NCBI GenBank assembly: GCA_044222475.1
Contig: JBGANF010000028.1
Location: 10,189 to 74,188 of the forward strand
DNA from: Polyangiaceae bacterium
GTDB lineage: Bacteria; Myxococcota_A; Polyangia; Polyangiales; Polyangiaceae
Length of the DNA: 64,000 nt
Direction: 5' to 3'
Part shown: positions 28,063 through 42,531 of the stretch, piece by piece
Layout: each line of letters begins with the position of its first letter
Numbering within the stretch: position 1 is the stretch's first letter
Position numbers and translations under genes: made by a program
The notes under the pieces: generated by a model
Seen by the model: only the letters and a program-made list of their open reading frames with translations
Told to the model about the DNA's origin: nothing
Database searches by the model: none

Positions 28063-30075
28063 TCACTTCGCGCACCGGAAGCCGACGTTGTTGAGCGCGG
28101 TGCCGCGGTCGAGCGGCAGCCGGGCCGACGCCTTCGAGCCGAGGCCCGAGTAGTCCCACGAGCCGCCTCGGACGATCCCTTTGGTGGTGCGGGGCGGAAG
28201 GAACGGGTCCACGACGCGCTCTTTCGGGAAGGCGTCGAAATCGTCGGCGACCCACTCCCACACGTTGCCGACCATGTCGTACGCGCCAGCCGGGCTCGTG
28301 CCGTCGACCGTCGTCGCGACCTCGTAGGTGCCTTTGCGCGATCCGCACGGTCCATCGAGGCCGCCGACGATCGCCTGACGACACGACGAAGGCATCGCGT
28401 TGCCCCACGGGTAGATGCGCCCGTCGGTGCCGCGGGCGGCGAGCTCCCACTCTGCCTCGGTGGGGAGCCGCTTTCCGGCGAACTTGCAGAACGCGGACGC
28501 TTGCTCGTACGTGACGCAGTTGATCGGCTGGCGCGCGAAGTTCGAGTCGGTGACCGAGTTGCACGTCACGCTCGCGGCGGTGATCGACTTGCCGGCCGAC
28601 GTCACGTGGAGGCCGGTCGCGGTGCACGCTCCGGCGGTGACACACCCGCCGTACGCCTCGGACGTGACCTCGGTGCGATCGATGTAGAATGCACGCGTAA
28701 TCGAGACCTGGTGCGCGGGCTTCTCGGATTTGCCGTCGCGGTCGCTTCCCATCGTGAACGTCGCCGGGGTGACGAAGACCATGTTCGCCGGAGGACCTTC
28801 GGGGACCTTGATCGAAGGGGTCGGCACGGGCGCGACGGAGGCGGTGACCGAAGGCGCGGCCGAGGCCGACGCCGAAGCCGTGGCCGAGGCGTGGGCGTGC
28901 GCGGCGTCGTCGGTCTGTTTGTCGGCGTCGCGCATGCCGAGGAACGCGAAGACGACGAGGATCAGCGTGGCGGCGACCGCCCCGATCCACACCGCTTGCC
29001 GCTTCTTCTGCTCGCGGAGCATCACCGTGATCGTCCCGGTGCCGCCGGCGATCGTCTCGACGTTGCGATCGAACACCGGCGCGCGCTCCGGTTGCGGCGT
29101 GCGAATCACCGCTGGCGGTGGGCGGACGCTCCGCGGCCGGTTCGGTCGCTCGATGAGTGCGTCGTTGAGCGCGTCCCAGAACTCGCCGCAGCTCTTGTAG
29201 CGCGCGCGTGGGTCGACCGCGAGCGCGCGGAGGAGCACCGCGTCGACGGCGTCGCTCGAGTCGACGCCGCGGTTGCGGAGCGTGGGGCGCTTCGAGACGT
29301 CGCTCGACTCGACGTAGATCTGCACCGGGTCGTCGCCGTCGAGCGCGGGGCGCCCGGTGACGATCTCGACGAGGATCAGCGCGAGGGCGTAGACGTCGGT
29401 CCATGGGCCGGTCGCGCCGTACTTGCGGCTGAACTGCTCGGGTGCGCCGTAGCGTGGCGTGAACGCGGCCATGCCGATGGCGTTGTCGTCGAATGGACCG
29501 TGGTTCGTGGTGTCGTCGTCAGGGGCCTTCGCGATGCCGAAGTCCACCACCTTGAGCGTCGAGCGCCCGCCAACCTCGGTGAGCATCAAGTTCGCCGGCT
29601 TCACGTCGCGGTGCGAGACGTTCTGCTCGTGGGCGACGGCGAGGCCGCGCGCGGCCGGCTCGAGGAGGGCGACCGCTTCGTCGATCGTGTACGTGTGGCG
29701 CGCGCGGAGCTCGCGATCGAGCGTCACGCCGTCGAGCCACTCGAGGACGAGGAACGGAGTCTCGGTACCATTCGGGGACACGGCCACGCCGACGTCGAGG
29801 CATTGGACGACGTCGGCCGATCCGCGCGAGAGCTTGTGGAGCAAGCGACCCTCGGCGATGAAGCGCCCGAGGAATGCGTCGTGGGCCTCGGGGTCGAGGT
29901 GCTTCTTGAGCTTCAGGCACTTGACCGCCACCGACTGCTCGAAGCCGGTGTGGTGGGCCCGATAGACGACGCCGAACCCGCCCTCGCCGACGACGGAATC
30001 GATGCGGTATTTCCCTTCGAGGGTGTTTCCGACCCACCCAAAGGGGTCTTCTCGGGGGGCTTGGAGGATGGGCAC
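28063..30075 (-). CDS. Ser/Thr protein kinase with TM helix and C-terminal FGE-sulfatase domain
   Basis: GEGGFG, VAVK, HRDVKPAN, DFG and APE, then a TM helix, then FTMGS, RLPTEAEWE, DMVGNVWEW and GFRC. Confidence 0.93.
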   Translation of the reverse strand: MPILQAPREDPFGWVGNTLEGKYRIDSVVGEGGFGVVYRAHHTGFEQSVAVKCLKLKKHLDPEAHDAFLGRFIAEGRLLHKLSRGSADVVQCLDVGVAVSPNGTETPFLVLEWLDGVTLDRELRARHTYTIDEAVALLEPAARGLAVAHEQNVSHRDVKPANLMLTEVGGRSTLKVVDFGIAKAPDDDTTNHGPFDDNAIGMAAFTPRYGAPEQFSRKYGATGPWTDVYALALILVEIVTGRPALDGDDPVQIYVESSDVSKRPTLRNRGVDSSDAVDAVLLRALAVDPRARYKSCGEFWDALNDALIERPNRPRSVRPPPAVIRTPQPERAPVFDRNVETIAGGTGTITVMLREQKKRQAVWIGAVAATLILVVFAFLGMRDADKQTDDAAHAHASATASASASAAPSVTASVAPVPTPSIKVPEGPPANMVFVTPATFTMGSDRDGKSEKPAHQVSITRAFYIDRTEVTSEAYGGCVTAGACTATGLHVTSAGKSITAASVTCNSVTDSNFARQPINCVTYEQASAFCKFAGKRLPTEAEWELAARGTDGRIYPWGNAMPSSCRQAIVGGLDGPCGSRKGTYEVATTVDGTSPAGAYDMVGNVWEWVADDFDAFPKERVVDPFLPPRTTKGIVRGGSWDYSGLGSKASARLPLDRGTALNNVGFRCAK

Positions 30076-30179
30076 AGTCGGTGGGGAGCGGAGAATCGTC
30101 AGCCGGCTGACAATTTTGCGCTTCGTCTTACCACACGGTAGGTCGGGAGCTGCCCTCCCGCGCTGGATGGTGCTAGAGT

Positions 30180-30198
30180 ATTGAAAGTGATTATCATC
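30180..30198 (+). promoter_or_regulatory. Fur-box-like operator upstream of feoAB
   Basis: TGAAAGT-G-ATTATCA (30182-30196) resembles the 7-1-7 TGATAATnATTATCA consensus. It is an AT-rich island about 30 nt before feoA. Confidence 0.75.
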
Positions 30199-30227
30199 TT
30201 CGCCAAATCCACGGCGGGGGAGGTCGG

Positions 30228-30467
30228 GTGAAGCTCGACCACTCGAGCCTCCTGGGCCTTCGCCAGCCGGTGAAGGTGTCGAAGATCCGCCTCGGAGAAG
30301 AGGAGGCGGCGTGGGTGCGCGCCGTCGGGATCTTCGAAGGCGAGACGGTGGAGGTGCTGCGCGCGGCGATCTTCGGCGGCCCGCTCCACGTACGCACCGG
30401 CTCGGGCGGCGAGTTCGCGCTCGATCGAGCGCTCGCCGCCGCAATCGACGTGGAGCCGCTCCCGTGA
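30228..30467 (+). CDS. feoA: Ferrous iron transport protein A
   Basis: 79 aa, GIFEGETVEV...GGPL..FAL.R. Directly upstream of feoB. Confidence 0.88.
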   Translation: MKLDHSSLLGLRQPVKVSKIRLGEEEAAWVRAVGIFEGETVEVLRAAIFGGPLHVRTGSGGEFALDRALAAAIDVEPLP

Positions 30468-32419
30468 GCGAGTGCCACGACGCACCGGAGAAGACGGAGA
30501 CCCCCAGCGGTCCCATCGACGTCGAGGTCGCGCTCGTCGGTCGTCCGAACTCGGGGAAGTCGTCGCTCTACAACGCGCTCACCGGCGGACGCGCGAAGGT
30601 CGGAAACTTTCCGGGGGTGACCGTCGACCTGCTCGAAGCCGAGGCGAAGCTACCCGCGGGCGGCGTTGCGCTCGTGATCGACGTGCCCGGGATGTACTCG
30701 GTGTCGGCGAGCGTCGACGCGGCATCCGACGAGGGGCAGGCGCGCGCGTGCATCGAGCGGCTCGAGAGCGAGAAGGGGAGCGTCGTCATCGTCCAGGTCG
30801 TCGACGTGACGCAGCTCGCGCTCGGGCTCCGGCTCACGGCCGAGCTGCGCACGCGCTCGAAGCCGCTGCTCGTCGTCCTGACCCAACGCGACGTGCTCGA
30901 CGGTCTGGGCCAAGTCGTCGACGGTGAGGCGCTCGCGCAGGCGCTCGACGTGCCGGTCGTCGTCGTGAGCGCCAGCGAGCCGACGGCGCGGACGCGCGTG
31001 CTGTCCGCGATCGAGGAGCTCGCTCGCGGTACGCGCACGAGCCCGTATCGATCGCCGGCCGAGCGACCGGCGATCGATCCGGAGAAGCTCGCGCGCTCGG
31101 TGATCTCGGATCACCCGACGGCCGCCGGCAACGAGCGACGGCGGCGCGACTTCACTGCGCGCGCCGATCGCGTGCTCCTGCATCCGGTGCTCGGCCCCGT
31201 GAGCTTCCTCGCGCTGATGGGCGTGCTCTTCGCCGCGGTGTTCCTCGTGGCCGATCCGGTGACGGCGCTCCTCGACGGCGGGCGCGCGTGGCTGGCAGCG
31301 AAGCTCCATCACGCGCTCGGCGGCGGCTGGATCGCGTCGCTGCTCGGGGACGGGGTCCTCGGCGGTGCCGGAACGGTGCTCGCGTTCCTACCGCAGATCG
31401 TGATCCTCACGGTGGCGCTCGAGGTCATCGACGCCTCCGGGTACCTCGCGCGGGGGGCGTTCCTCGTCGATCGCGCGCTCCGCGCGGTCGGACTCGGTGG
31501 GCGGTCGTTCGTGCCGCTGCTCACGGCGCACGCGTGCGCGATCCCGGCCATCTCGGCGACGCGCATCGTGCGCGACCCGAAGGAGCGGCTTCGTACCATC
31601 TTGGTACTGCCGCTCATGACGTGCTCCGCGCGATTGCCGACGTACGCCCTGCTCATCACCGCGTTCTTCGGTCACTGGAGCGCAGCAGGGCGCGCGCTCT
31701 TGTTCGTCGCCTTGTACGTCGCCGGCATCTTCTCGGGGTTCGCCGCGGCGTCGGTCATCGGGAAGACGGTCCAGCGGGGTACCCGCTCGCTGCCGCTCGT
31801 GCTCGAGATGCCGGCGTACCGCATGCCCCGCTTCCGCGTCGTCGTCGAGACCGGGACGCGAGCGGCGAAGCGGTTCGTGCGCGACGTGGGCACGGTGATC
31901 GTCGCGGCTTCGGTGGTGCTTTGGTTGCTCCTTCGGATCCCGGCGGGGTCGCCGCCGCCGGTCGACGCGGCGGCCTCGGCCGAGACGCAGGCGATCGACG
32001 CGAGCGTCGCAGCCAAGGTCGGCCGCGCGCTCGAGCCGGTGACCCAGCCGATCGGGTTCGATTGGCGCATCAACGTCGGGCTGATCGGGTCGTTCGGCGC
32101 GCGCGAGCTGATGGTGAGCACGCTCGGCGTGATCTTCGGCGTCGAAGGTGCCGACACGGACGACGACGAGGCGCGGACGCTCGGCGAGCACATCCACGAC
32201 GCGAAGGATGCTCGGGGTCAGCCGTCGTACTCGATCGCGACGGCGGCCTCGCTGCTCGCGTTCTTCGTGCTCGCGTGCCAGTGCATGAGCACCGTCGCTG
32301 CGATCCGGCGCGAGACGCGCAGCTTCAAGTGGCCGGCGTTCGTGCTCGGCTACACGTACGCGCTCGCCTACGCAGTATCCTTCATCGTGTTTCACGCGGT
32401 GAAGCTGTTCGGCGGCTGA
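30464..32419 (+). CDS. feoB: Ferrous iron transport protein B
   Basis: GRPNSGKS, NFPGVTV, DVPG, SGYLAR, CSARLP and LEMPAY motifs plus TM helices. Confidence 0.95.
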   Translation: MSECHDAPEKTETPSGPIDVEVALVGRPNSGKSSLYNALTGGRAKVGNFPGVTVDLLEAEAKLPAGGVALVIDVPGMYSVSASVDAASDEGQARACIERLESEKGSVVIVQVVDVTQLALGLRLTAELRTRSKPLLVVLTQRDVLDGLGQVVDGEALAQALDVPVVVVSASEPTARTRVLSAIEELARGTRTSPYRSPAERPAIDPEKLARSVISDHPTAAGNERRRRDFTARADRVLLHPVLGPVSFLALMGVLFAAVFLVADPVTALLDGGRAWLAAKLHHALGGGWIASLLGDGVLGGAGTVLAFLPQIVILTVALEVIDASGYLARGAFLVDRALRAVGLGGRSFVPLLTAHACAIPAISATRIVRDPKERLRTILVLPLMTCSARLPTYALLITAFFGHWSAAGRALLFVALYVAGIFSGFAAASVIGKTVQRGTRSLPLVLEMPAYRMPRFRVVVETGTRAAKRFVRDVGTVIVAASVVLWLLLRIPAGSPPPVDAAASAETQAIDASVAAKVGRALEPVTQPIGFDWRINVGLIGSFGARELMVSTLGVIFGVEGADTDDDEARTLGEHIHDAKDARGQPSYSIATAASLLAFFVLACQCMSTVAAIRRETRSFKWPAFVLGYTYALAYAVSFIVFHAVKLFGG

Positions 32420-32441
32420 TCCGGTCGGCTACCATGGTGGT

Positions 32442-33281
32442 GTGCGTAGCGGCAAAGCGAGCGCGACCGCGTCGTTCGTGGCGGCGATGCGGGGGATGGC
32501 AGGATACGAGCGTGCGCCGCTGGTGACCGACGAGTACGCCGAGCGGCTCGTCGATGGTCCGTTTCGTCTGGGGCTGGCTCTCGCGTCGCGCGCGCCGACG
32601 GCGGCCGCGCTCGCGATGCGCGCCGCGTCGATCGTGAGCCGCGGGAAGATTCGGCACCTCGAGCTGCGCACGCGCGCGATCGACGACGTGCTGTCGGAGG
32701 AAGCGCGTCACGGAGCGACGCAGCTCGTGATCCTCGGAGCAGGGCTCGATGCACGAGCTCACCGGCTCGCGAGCCTCGAGCGAACGGCGGTCTTCGAGGT
32801 CGATCACCCGGACACGCAGCGGCAGAAGCGTTCGCGGCTCGGCGGTGGTGCGGCCGAGCGCGTGAAGTACGTCGCGGTGGACTTCGAGCGCGATCGCCTC
32901 GTCGACGTCTTGCCGCGGGCGGGCTTCGATCGATCGGCGCGCTCCACGTTCCTCTGGGAAGGCGTGACGATGTACCTGACGGAGGCGGCGGTGCGAGCGA
33001 CGATCGCCGCGGTCTCCGAGCTCGCTGCCCCGAGCTCGGCGTTCGCGATCACGTACCGGGCGCCGGGGTTCCGGTGGGAGGGCGCGCTGGCGAACGTGGC
33101 CGTGCGCGTGCTCGGGGAGCCGTTCCGCTTGGTGCTCCCACCCGAGCAGATGGCGGAGTGGCTGGCGAAAGACGGCTTCCACCGCGAGAGCGACGAGAGC
33201 AGCGACGAGTGGGGAGAGCGCTACCTGGGCTCCCCCGTCGATACCGTGGGTGAACGGCTGGTCGTCGCGCGCAAGCAGTAG
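32442..33281 (+). CDS. SAM-dependent methyltransferase (leucine carboxyl methyltransferase-like family)
   Basis: RTRAIDD, QLVILGAGLDARAHRL, FEVDHP and WEGVTMYL motifs. Confidence 0.88.
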   Translation: MRSGKASATASFVAAMRGMAGYERAPLVTDEYAERLVDGPFRLGLALASRAPTAAALAMRAASIVSRGKIRHLELRTRAIDDVLSEEARHGATQLVILGAGLDARAHRLASLERTAVFEVDHPDTQRQKRSRLGGGAAERVKYVAVDFERDRLVDVLPRAGFDRSARSTFLWEGVTMYLTEAAVRATIAAVSELAAPSSAFAITYRAPGFRWEGALANVAVRVLGEPFRLVLPPEQMAEWLAKDGFHRESDESSDEWGERYLGSPVDTVGERLVVARKQ

Positions 33282-33387
33282 GACCATCAGCCGTCGACAA
33301 ACCCATGTGATTCTGATGGTTTGACCCCTGGCGCCCCTGGCGTCCTGGCGGTTCTCTCCCAAGGGTGCCCCACGAGACTTGAGTTTA

Positions 33388-33409
33388 TTCATCCGTTGAT
33401 TAGGATGAA
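33388..33409 (+). promoter_or_regulatory. Palindromic operator overlapping the promoter of the SamR-like/metH unit
   Basis: TTCATCC-N8-GGATGAA overlaps TAGGAT (-10-like, 33401-33406), just before the regulator ATG at 33417. Confidence 0.65.
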
Positions 33410-33416
33410 CGGATAG

Positions 33417-34358
33417 ATGACCTCGCTCGCCGACGCCACCGACCTGCTCGCCCTCTTCGGAGAGCCGGCACGCGTGCGTCTCTTGGCGCTCCTCGAAGGC
33501 GACGAGATGAGCGTCGCCGAGCTCGTCGCCGCCACCGACATCGCGCAGTCGCGCGTGTCGACCCACCTCGGCAAGCTGCGCGACGCGGCGATCGTCCGCG
33601 ACCGTCGCGCCGGTACCTCGACGTTCTATGCGTTGAGCGACCGCATGCCGAGCGAGGCGAAGCGCCTCTGGGAGCTCCTCCGCGGCACGGTCGACGATGC
33701 GCTCCTCGCCGGGGACCGCGCTCGACGCGACGCGAACCGCCTCTCGACGCGCCTCCCGCGCGACGTCGCCGGCGAGATGGAGCGGCACTACTCACCGGGA
33801 CGCACGTGGGAAGCCCTCGCGCGCAGCCTCGCCCTCATGAGCACCCTCGGGGACGTGCTCGACGTCGGCGCGGGCGACGGCGCCGTCTCGTCGCTGCTCG
33901 CGCCGCGCGCGCACAGCGTCACCTGCCTCGACGAAGACGCACGCATGGTCGCCGCCGCCGAGAAGCGCCTCGCCGGCGTTCCGGGCGCGCGCGTCGTCCG
34001 CGGCGACATGCACGCGCTCCCCTTCGACGACTCGAGCTTCGATCGCGTGCTCCTCTTCAACGTGCTCGTTCACTCGACCGATCCGGCGCGCGCGATCGCC
34101 GAAGCCGCCCGCGTGCTCCGCACCAATGGCGAGGTCGCGATCGTCACCCTCGACGCGCACGAGCACGAAGACGTGCGTGATCGCTGGCTGCACGCTCGCC
34201 GCGGGATCGCCCCGAGCGCCTTGCGCCGCCACTTCCAACGCGCCGCGCTGGAGACCCTGTTCTGCGAGACGACGTCGCGCGAGCGACGCCCGCCTCACCT
34301 GTCCGTCGTCACCGCCATCGCGCGGAAGCTCCCCGCCAACAATGAAGAAGGAATCGTG
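33417..34358 (+). CDS. ArsR-HTH plus SAM-methyltransferase-fold regulator (SamR/SahR type); no stop codon, continues in frame into metH
   Basis: [62 protein letters not shown] and RERRPPH motifs. Confidence 0.88.
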
Positions 34359-38027
<3,669 letters not shown>

Positions 38028-38042
38028 GGGGGCAGGCCAACC

Positions 38043-39434
38043 ATGAGCACACCGTCGAAGAAGCCGCGCGTCCTGATCGTCGATGACGACGGTTCGGCGC
38101 GCGCCGCGCTCGCGCAGCTGCTCGCCAGCGCGGGGTACGTCGTCGACTCCGCGTCGGACGGCACCATCGCGCTCGAGCGAGCCGCCGAGGTTCCACCGGA
38201 CGTGGTCGTGACCGACCTCGCCATGCCGCACATGAACGGGATGGAGCTCCTCGGCAAGCTCCGCGCGCAGGACAAGGAGCTTCCGGTCCTCGTCCTCACC
38301 TCGACCGACGACGTGCGCGCGGCGGTCGACGCCATGCGCGCCGGGGCGGACGAGTACCTCACGAAGCCGCTCGACTTCGACGCGCTCCAGGTCGCGATCG
38401 AGCGGGCGCTCGAGCGCCGCGAGCTCCGCGTCGAAGCCGAGAACCTGCGCCGCCAGGCGCGCACCCGTGACGGCGAAGGCCTCGAAGGGCTCATCGGCGG
38501 CAGCGCGGCGATGCAGAAGGTCTATCGGATCGCGAAGCAGGTCGCCGGCTCCCGCGCGACCGTGCTCATCACCGGAGAGAGCGGAACGGGCAAAGGTGAG
38601 CTCGCGCGGGCGGTCCACACGCTCAGCCCGCGTGCGTCGAAGCCGTTCGTCTCTCTTCACTGCGCGGCGCTGGCCGAGACACTCCTCGAGAGCGAGCTCT
38701 TCGGTCACGAGAAGGGCGCATTCACCGGCGCCGACCGCCGGCGCATCGGCCGTTTCGAGCAGGCCCACGGCGGAACGCTCTTCCTCGACGAGATCGCGGA
38801 CATTCCGCTGCTCACCCAGGTGAAGCTCTTGCAGGTTCTTCAAGAGCGCGCGTTCCAGCGCGTCGGTGGGACGGAGACCGTCAAGTGCGACGTGCGGCTC
38901 GTCGCGGCGACCAACGCCGATCTGGAGGCGGCCGTCCGCGAGGGTCGCTTTCGCGAGGACCTCTACTATCGGTTGAACGTGGTGCAGATCGTGATGCCGC
39001 CGCTCCGGGAGCGCGGGGGAGACGTCGTCGCGCTCGCCAACCACTTCGTGACGAAGTTCGCGCGCGAGAACCACAAGCGCGTCGATGGCTTCACCGATCG
39101 CGCGCTCTCCAAGCTCACGACCCACACGTGGCCGGGGAACGTGCGCGCGCTCGAGAACGCGATCGAGCGCGCGGTCGTGCTCTGCGACGGCAACCGCATC
39201 GACGAAGCGGATCTCCCGTTCAGCGGCGGGGTGGAGGCGTACGGAGCCCTTCGCATCCCGGGAGCGACGCTCGCGGAGATCGAGCGCTTCGCGATCGAGA
39301 ACACGCTCGCCGCGGTCGACGGATCGACGACGAAGGCGGCCGAGATCCTCGACGTGAGCGTGCGCACGATCCAGTACCGACTTCACGAGTACGGCATCGC
39401 GCACCCGAAGGACTCGAAGAAGGACCCGACCTGA
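38043..39434 (+). CDS. Sigma54-dependent response regulator (NtrC family)
   Basis: REC domain, [29 protein letters not shown] and C-terminal HTH. Confidence 0.95.
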   Translation: MSTPSKKPRVLIVDDDGSARAALAQLLASAGYVVDSASDGTIALERAAEVPPDVVVTDLAMPHMNGMELLGKLRAQDKELPVLVLTSTDDVRAAVDAMRAGADEYLTKPLDFDALQVAIERALERRELRVEAENLRRQARTRDGEGLEGLIGGSAAMQKVYRIAKQVAGSRATVLITGESGTGKGELARAVHTLSPRASKPFVSLHCAALAETLLESELFGHEKGAFTGADRRRIGRFEQAHGGTLFLDEIADIPLLTQVKLLQVLQERAFQRVGGTETVKCDVRLVAATNADLEAAVREGRFREDLYYRLNVVQIVMPPLRERGGDVVALANHFVTKFARENHKRVDGFTDRALSKLTTHTWPGNVRALENAIERAVVLCDGNRIDEADLPFSGGVEAYGALRIPGATLAEIERFAIENTLAAVDGSTTKAAEILDVSVRTIQYRLHEYGIAHPKDSKKDPT

Positions 39435-39437
39435 GCT

Positions 39438-41363
39438 TCAGTTCCCCAGGATTTCCTGGAGAACGCCTTCCAGCTCGTCGACCTTGATCGGCTTCGTGAG
39501 GTAGCGGTGGAACCCCGCATGCTCGCCGCGCTGCTTGTCGCGCGGTGAAGCGGCCGCGGTGAGCGCGATCACCGGGATGTCTCGCGTCTCGGGGTGCCGC
39601 TTGAGCTCGGCGAGGGCGTCGAGGCCGCTCATGCCGGGGAGGTTGATGTCCATGATGACGAGCGCGGGTCGCTCGCTCAGCGCGAGCTCGACCCCGATCT
39701 CGGCGTTGGGCGCGGTGACGAGCAGGATCCCCTCGAACCCATCGAGCAGGTCGCGCATGAAGGTGACGTTCGCGGGGTTGTCCTCGACGTAGAGGACGCG
39801 GCCGTGCGGCTCGACGCCGTCCTTCGGGAGGTGCCTCACCGCGACCGGCTTCTGCGACGGAGTGCTCTGGTAGATGGGAAGGTCGACCCAGAACTTCGAT
39901 CCGACGTCGGGCTTGCTCTCGAACCCGACTGCCCCGCGCATGAGCTCTGCGAGGCGCTTCGTGATCGCGAGGCCGATGCCGGTGCCCTCGATGGGGCCGG
40001 TCTCTTGCCCGGCGCGGTGGAAGGGTTGGAACACCTTGTCCTGCTTGTCGAGGGGGATGCCGAACCCATCGTCGACGACCTCGGCGCGGAGGAGGTCGGA
40101 GTTGGCGGTCGACAGGGTGAACCGGACCTTTCCGCCCTTCTTGTTGTACTTGATGGCGTTCGATCCGAGGTTCATGAGGATCTGCGCGAAGCGCGTGCGA
40201 TCGGCGGAGACCATCGGGACGCTCGCGCTGGGTGGATCGAGCTCGACCTTGACGTCGGCGCGCTGGGCCACCGGGCTCAGGGTGGTGATGACCTCGCGCA
40301 CGACCTCGACCGCGTCGATCGGCTCGGTCGAGATCGAGACGCCGCCGGCTTCGATGCGCGAGAGATCGAGGATGTCGTCGATCAAGCGGAGGAGGTGCTC
40401 TCCGCCCTTCAGGATCTGCTCGACGCGCGCGCGGTGTCGCTCCGACAGAGGCTCCTTCTTGTCGCGCTGGAGGAGCTGCGCGAAGCCGAGGATCGCGTTG
40501 AGCGGGGTCCGGAGCTCGTGGCTCATCGACGAGAGGAACTCGGACTTCGCTTCGCTCCCGGCTTCGGCGAGCACTCGCGCACTGCGAAGCTCTTCGGCGT
40601 GCCGAACGTCGTCGGTGAGATCCCAGATCGTCGTGACGATGCCGCCCTCGGCGGTCTTGCGATCGGTCACGCGCAGCGTGCGTCCGTCGTGGGTGCGAAC
40701 CTCGTAGGTAGCCGTGCCTTGGGCGCGCTGGGCGACGCGCTCGGCGCGGAACGCGTGACGTGCGGCTTCGTTCGGGAACGCCAGATCGACGAGCCAGCGG
40801 TCGAGGATGTCGCTGAAGGGGCGCCCGATCAGCGTTCCTTGGACCGCAGCGGCGAGGAGGTTTCGGTACGCGCTGTTGCACGAGACCACGTTGTCGTCGG
40901 AGTCGAAGAGGGCGAACGCGTCCTGGATGCTCTCCACCGCGCTCTTCAACCGATCGGCCGCGAGCTTGCTCGCCGCTTCGAGGGCCTTTCGCTGGGAGAT
41001 GTCGCGGATCGCAGCGGAGACGAGCGTCGCCTGCTCCATGTCGACCGGGCTCAGGCTGACCTCGATGGCGAGCTCGGTTCCATCTTTGCGGACGCCGAAG
41101 AGCTCCAGCCCCGAGCCCATGGGTCGGGCGCCGGGGTTCGCGAAGTACTTGCTCACGTGACCGCCGTGGGCGCCCCGAAACCGCTCGGGGACGAGGACCT
41201 CGAGTGACTGGTCGAGGAGCTCGGCGCGCGGATAGCCGAAGAGCCTCTCCGTCTGGACGTTGACGAAGACGATCTTCGAGTCCGGGCCGACGACGATCAT
41301 TGCATCCGGTGCGGTGTCGAGGATCCGGAAGTAGGCGTTCTCTGCGCGGAGCGAGTCAGGCAT
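39438..41363 (-). CDS. PAS-domain hybrid sensor histidine kinase
   Basis: Two PAS regions, SHELRTPLN H-box, SNAIKY, GTGIGL and C-terminal REC. Confidence 0.93.
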   Translation of the reverse strand: MPDSLRAENAYFRILDTAPDAMIVVGPDSKIVFVNVQTERLFGYPRAELLDQSLEVLVPERFRGAHGGHVSKYFANPGARPMGSGLELFGVRKDGTELAIEVSLSPVDMEQATLVSAAIRDISQRKALEAASKLAADRLKSAVESIQDAFALFDSDDNVVSCNSAYRNLLAAAVQGTLIGRPFSDILDRWLVDLAFPNEAARHAFRAERVAQRAQGTATYEVRTHDGRTLRVTDRKTAEGGIVTTIWDLTDDVRHAEELRSARVLAEAGSEAKSEFLSSMSHELRTPLNAILGFAQLLQRDKKEPLSERHRARVEQILKGGEHLLRLIDDILDLSRIEAGGVSISTEPIDAVEVVREVITTLSPVAQRADVKVELDPPSASVPMVSADRTRFAQILMNLGSNAIKYNKKGGKVRFTLSTANSDLLRAEVVDDGFGIPLDKQDKVFQPFHRAGQETGPIEGTGIGLAITKRLAELMRGAVGFESKPDVGSKFWVDLPIYQSTPSQKPVAVRHLPKDGVEPHGRVLYVEDNPANVTFMRDLLDGFEGILLVTAPNAEIGVELALSERPALVIMDINLPGMSGLDALAELKRHPETRDIPVIALTAAASPRDKQRGEHAGFHRYLTKPIKVDELEGVLQEILGN

Positions 41364-42489
41364 GGGGAAAGCTCATGATGAACACCGCCCCAGGGTTACC
41401 GTCCTCGACCCGAATCTTCCCGCCGTGGGCTTCTGCGGTGAGCTTGCAGAACGCGAGACCGAGGCCGCGCCCGCCGCGCGACGATTGCCCCGAGCCGTGC
41501 TCCTCGATCTGGAGGAACGGATCGAAGATGCGCTCGCGCATCTCGACCGGGATGCCGACCCCGTGATCGATGACGCGAATCTCCGTCGCGCTCGTAGTCT
41601 GGGTGACGGGGATCTGAATGGCGCTGCCGCCCGGCGCGTGTCGGATCGCGTTCTCGATCATGTTCGCGATCGCGCGCCGAAGGAGGTCCGGGTCCGCGTC
41701 GATCGTTCCGCTCGCGACCTGGGGCTCCAGGGTGACGTTCTTCCCGATCGCGGCGATCTCGAGCTCGGCCACGGCCTCTCCGACGAGCGCGGCGAGATCG
41801 ACCGTCGACCTCTTGGGGACGAGCTTCCCCTCGTCTGCTTTGCTCAGATCGAGGAGGTTCAGGATCATCCGGTTGAGCTGGCGCGCCTCGTTGCGGATCT
41901 GAGTCGCCGAGTTGCGGGAGCGCTCGGAGAGCTCTTTGTCGCGGAGAAGCAACTGGGCGTGGAGGTCCATCGAGTTGACCGGGTTCTTCAGGTCGTGGAC
42001 GACGAACGCCATCAAGCGCTCTTTGACGAGGGACAGCCGAAGAAGATCGTTTCGTTGCTGCTTGAGGAGCTCGTAGTGATCGCGCAGCTCGGTGCGGAGG
42101 CGGCGGAGCTTGAGTGCGCTCTCGACTCGAACGAGGAGCTCGCTGGGCCGCACCGGTTTCGTGAGGAAGTCGTCACCGCCGGCGCCGAGCGCGCTGTCGA
42201 ACGTGTCGACGTCGCGCAGCGCGGTCACGAAGACGATCGGGGTGTCGGCGCCTACCTCCGTGGCGCGGATGCGGCTGCAGACCTCGGGCCCCTCCATGTC
42301 GGGCATGCGCACGTCGAGCAGCACGCAATCGGGGTGCTCGCGCTCGAAGGCGGCGAGGCCTTCCTTTCCGCCCGTCGCGAGGACGACTTCGTAACCCTCG
42401 TCCTCGAGCGTCTCGCGCGCCAGCGCGCGGTTCGCCTCGTTGTCGTCCACGACGAGGATCTTGGCCTTGGGTGCTGCACCCTCGCTCAT
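41356..42489 (-). CDS. Hybrid response regulator/histidine kinase (REC-HisKA-HATPase)
   Basis: N-terminal REC (VVDD, LDVRMP, KP), HDLKNP, NAIRH and GLGL motifs. Confidence 0.93.
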   Translation of the reverse strand: MSEGAAPKAKILVVDDNEANRALARETLEDEGYEVVLATGGKEGLAAFEREHPDCVLLDVRMPDMEGPEVCSRIRATEVGADTPIVFVTALRDVDTFDSALGAGGDDFLTKPVRPSELLVRVESALKLRRLRTELRDHYELLKQQRNDLLRLSLVKERLMAFVVHDLKNPVNSMDLHAQLLLRDKELSERSRNSATQIRNEARQLNRMILNLLDLSKADEGKLVPKRSTVDLAALVGEAVAELEIAAIGKNVTLEPQVASGTIDADPDLLRRAIANMIENAIRHAPGGSAIQIPVTQTTSATEIRVIDHGVGIPVEMRERIFDPFLQIEEHGSGQSSRGGRGLGLAFCKLTAEAHGGKIRVEDGNPGAVFIMSFPHA

Positions 42490-42531
42490 GGCAAGGCGCA
42501 GCGTAGCAGCGTCGCAACCGGATCGAAACCG

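Noticed and set aside
33282..33416. Possible SAM or cobalamin riboswitch before metH
   Set aside because: The region is short and I see no conserved riboswitch core. A protein operator palindrome explains it better.
38043..42489. NtrC-type regulator converging with two hybrid kinases as a novel system
   Set aside because: Ordinary myxobacterial signalling architecture with canonical motifs.
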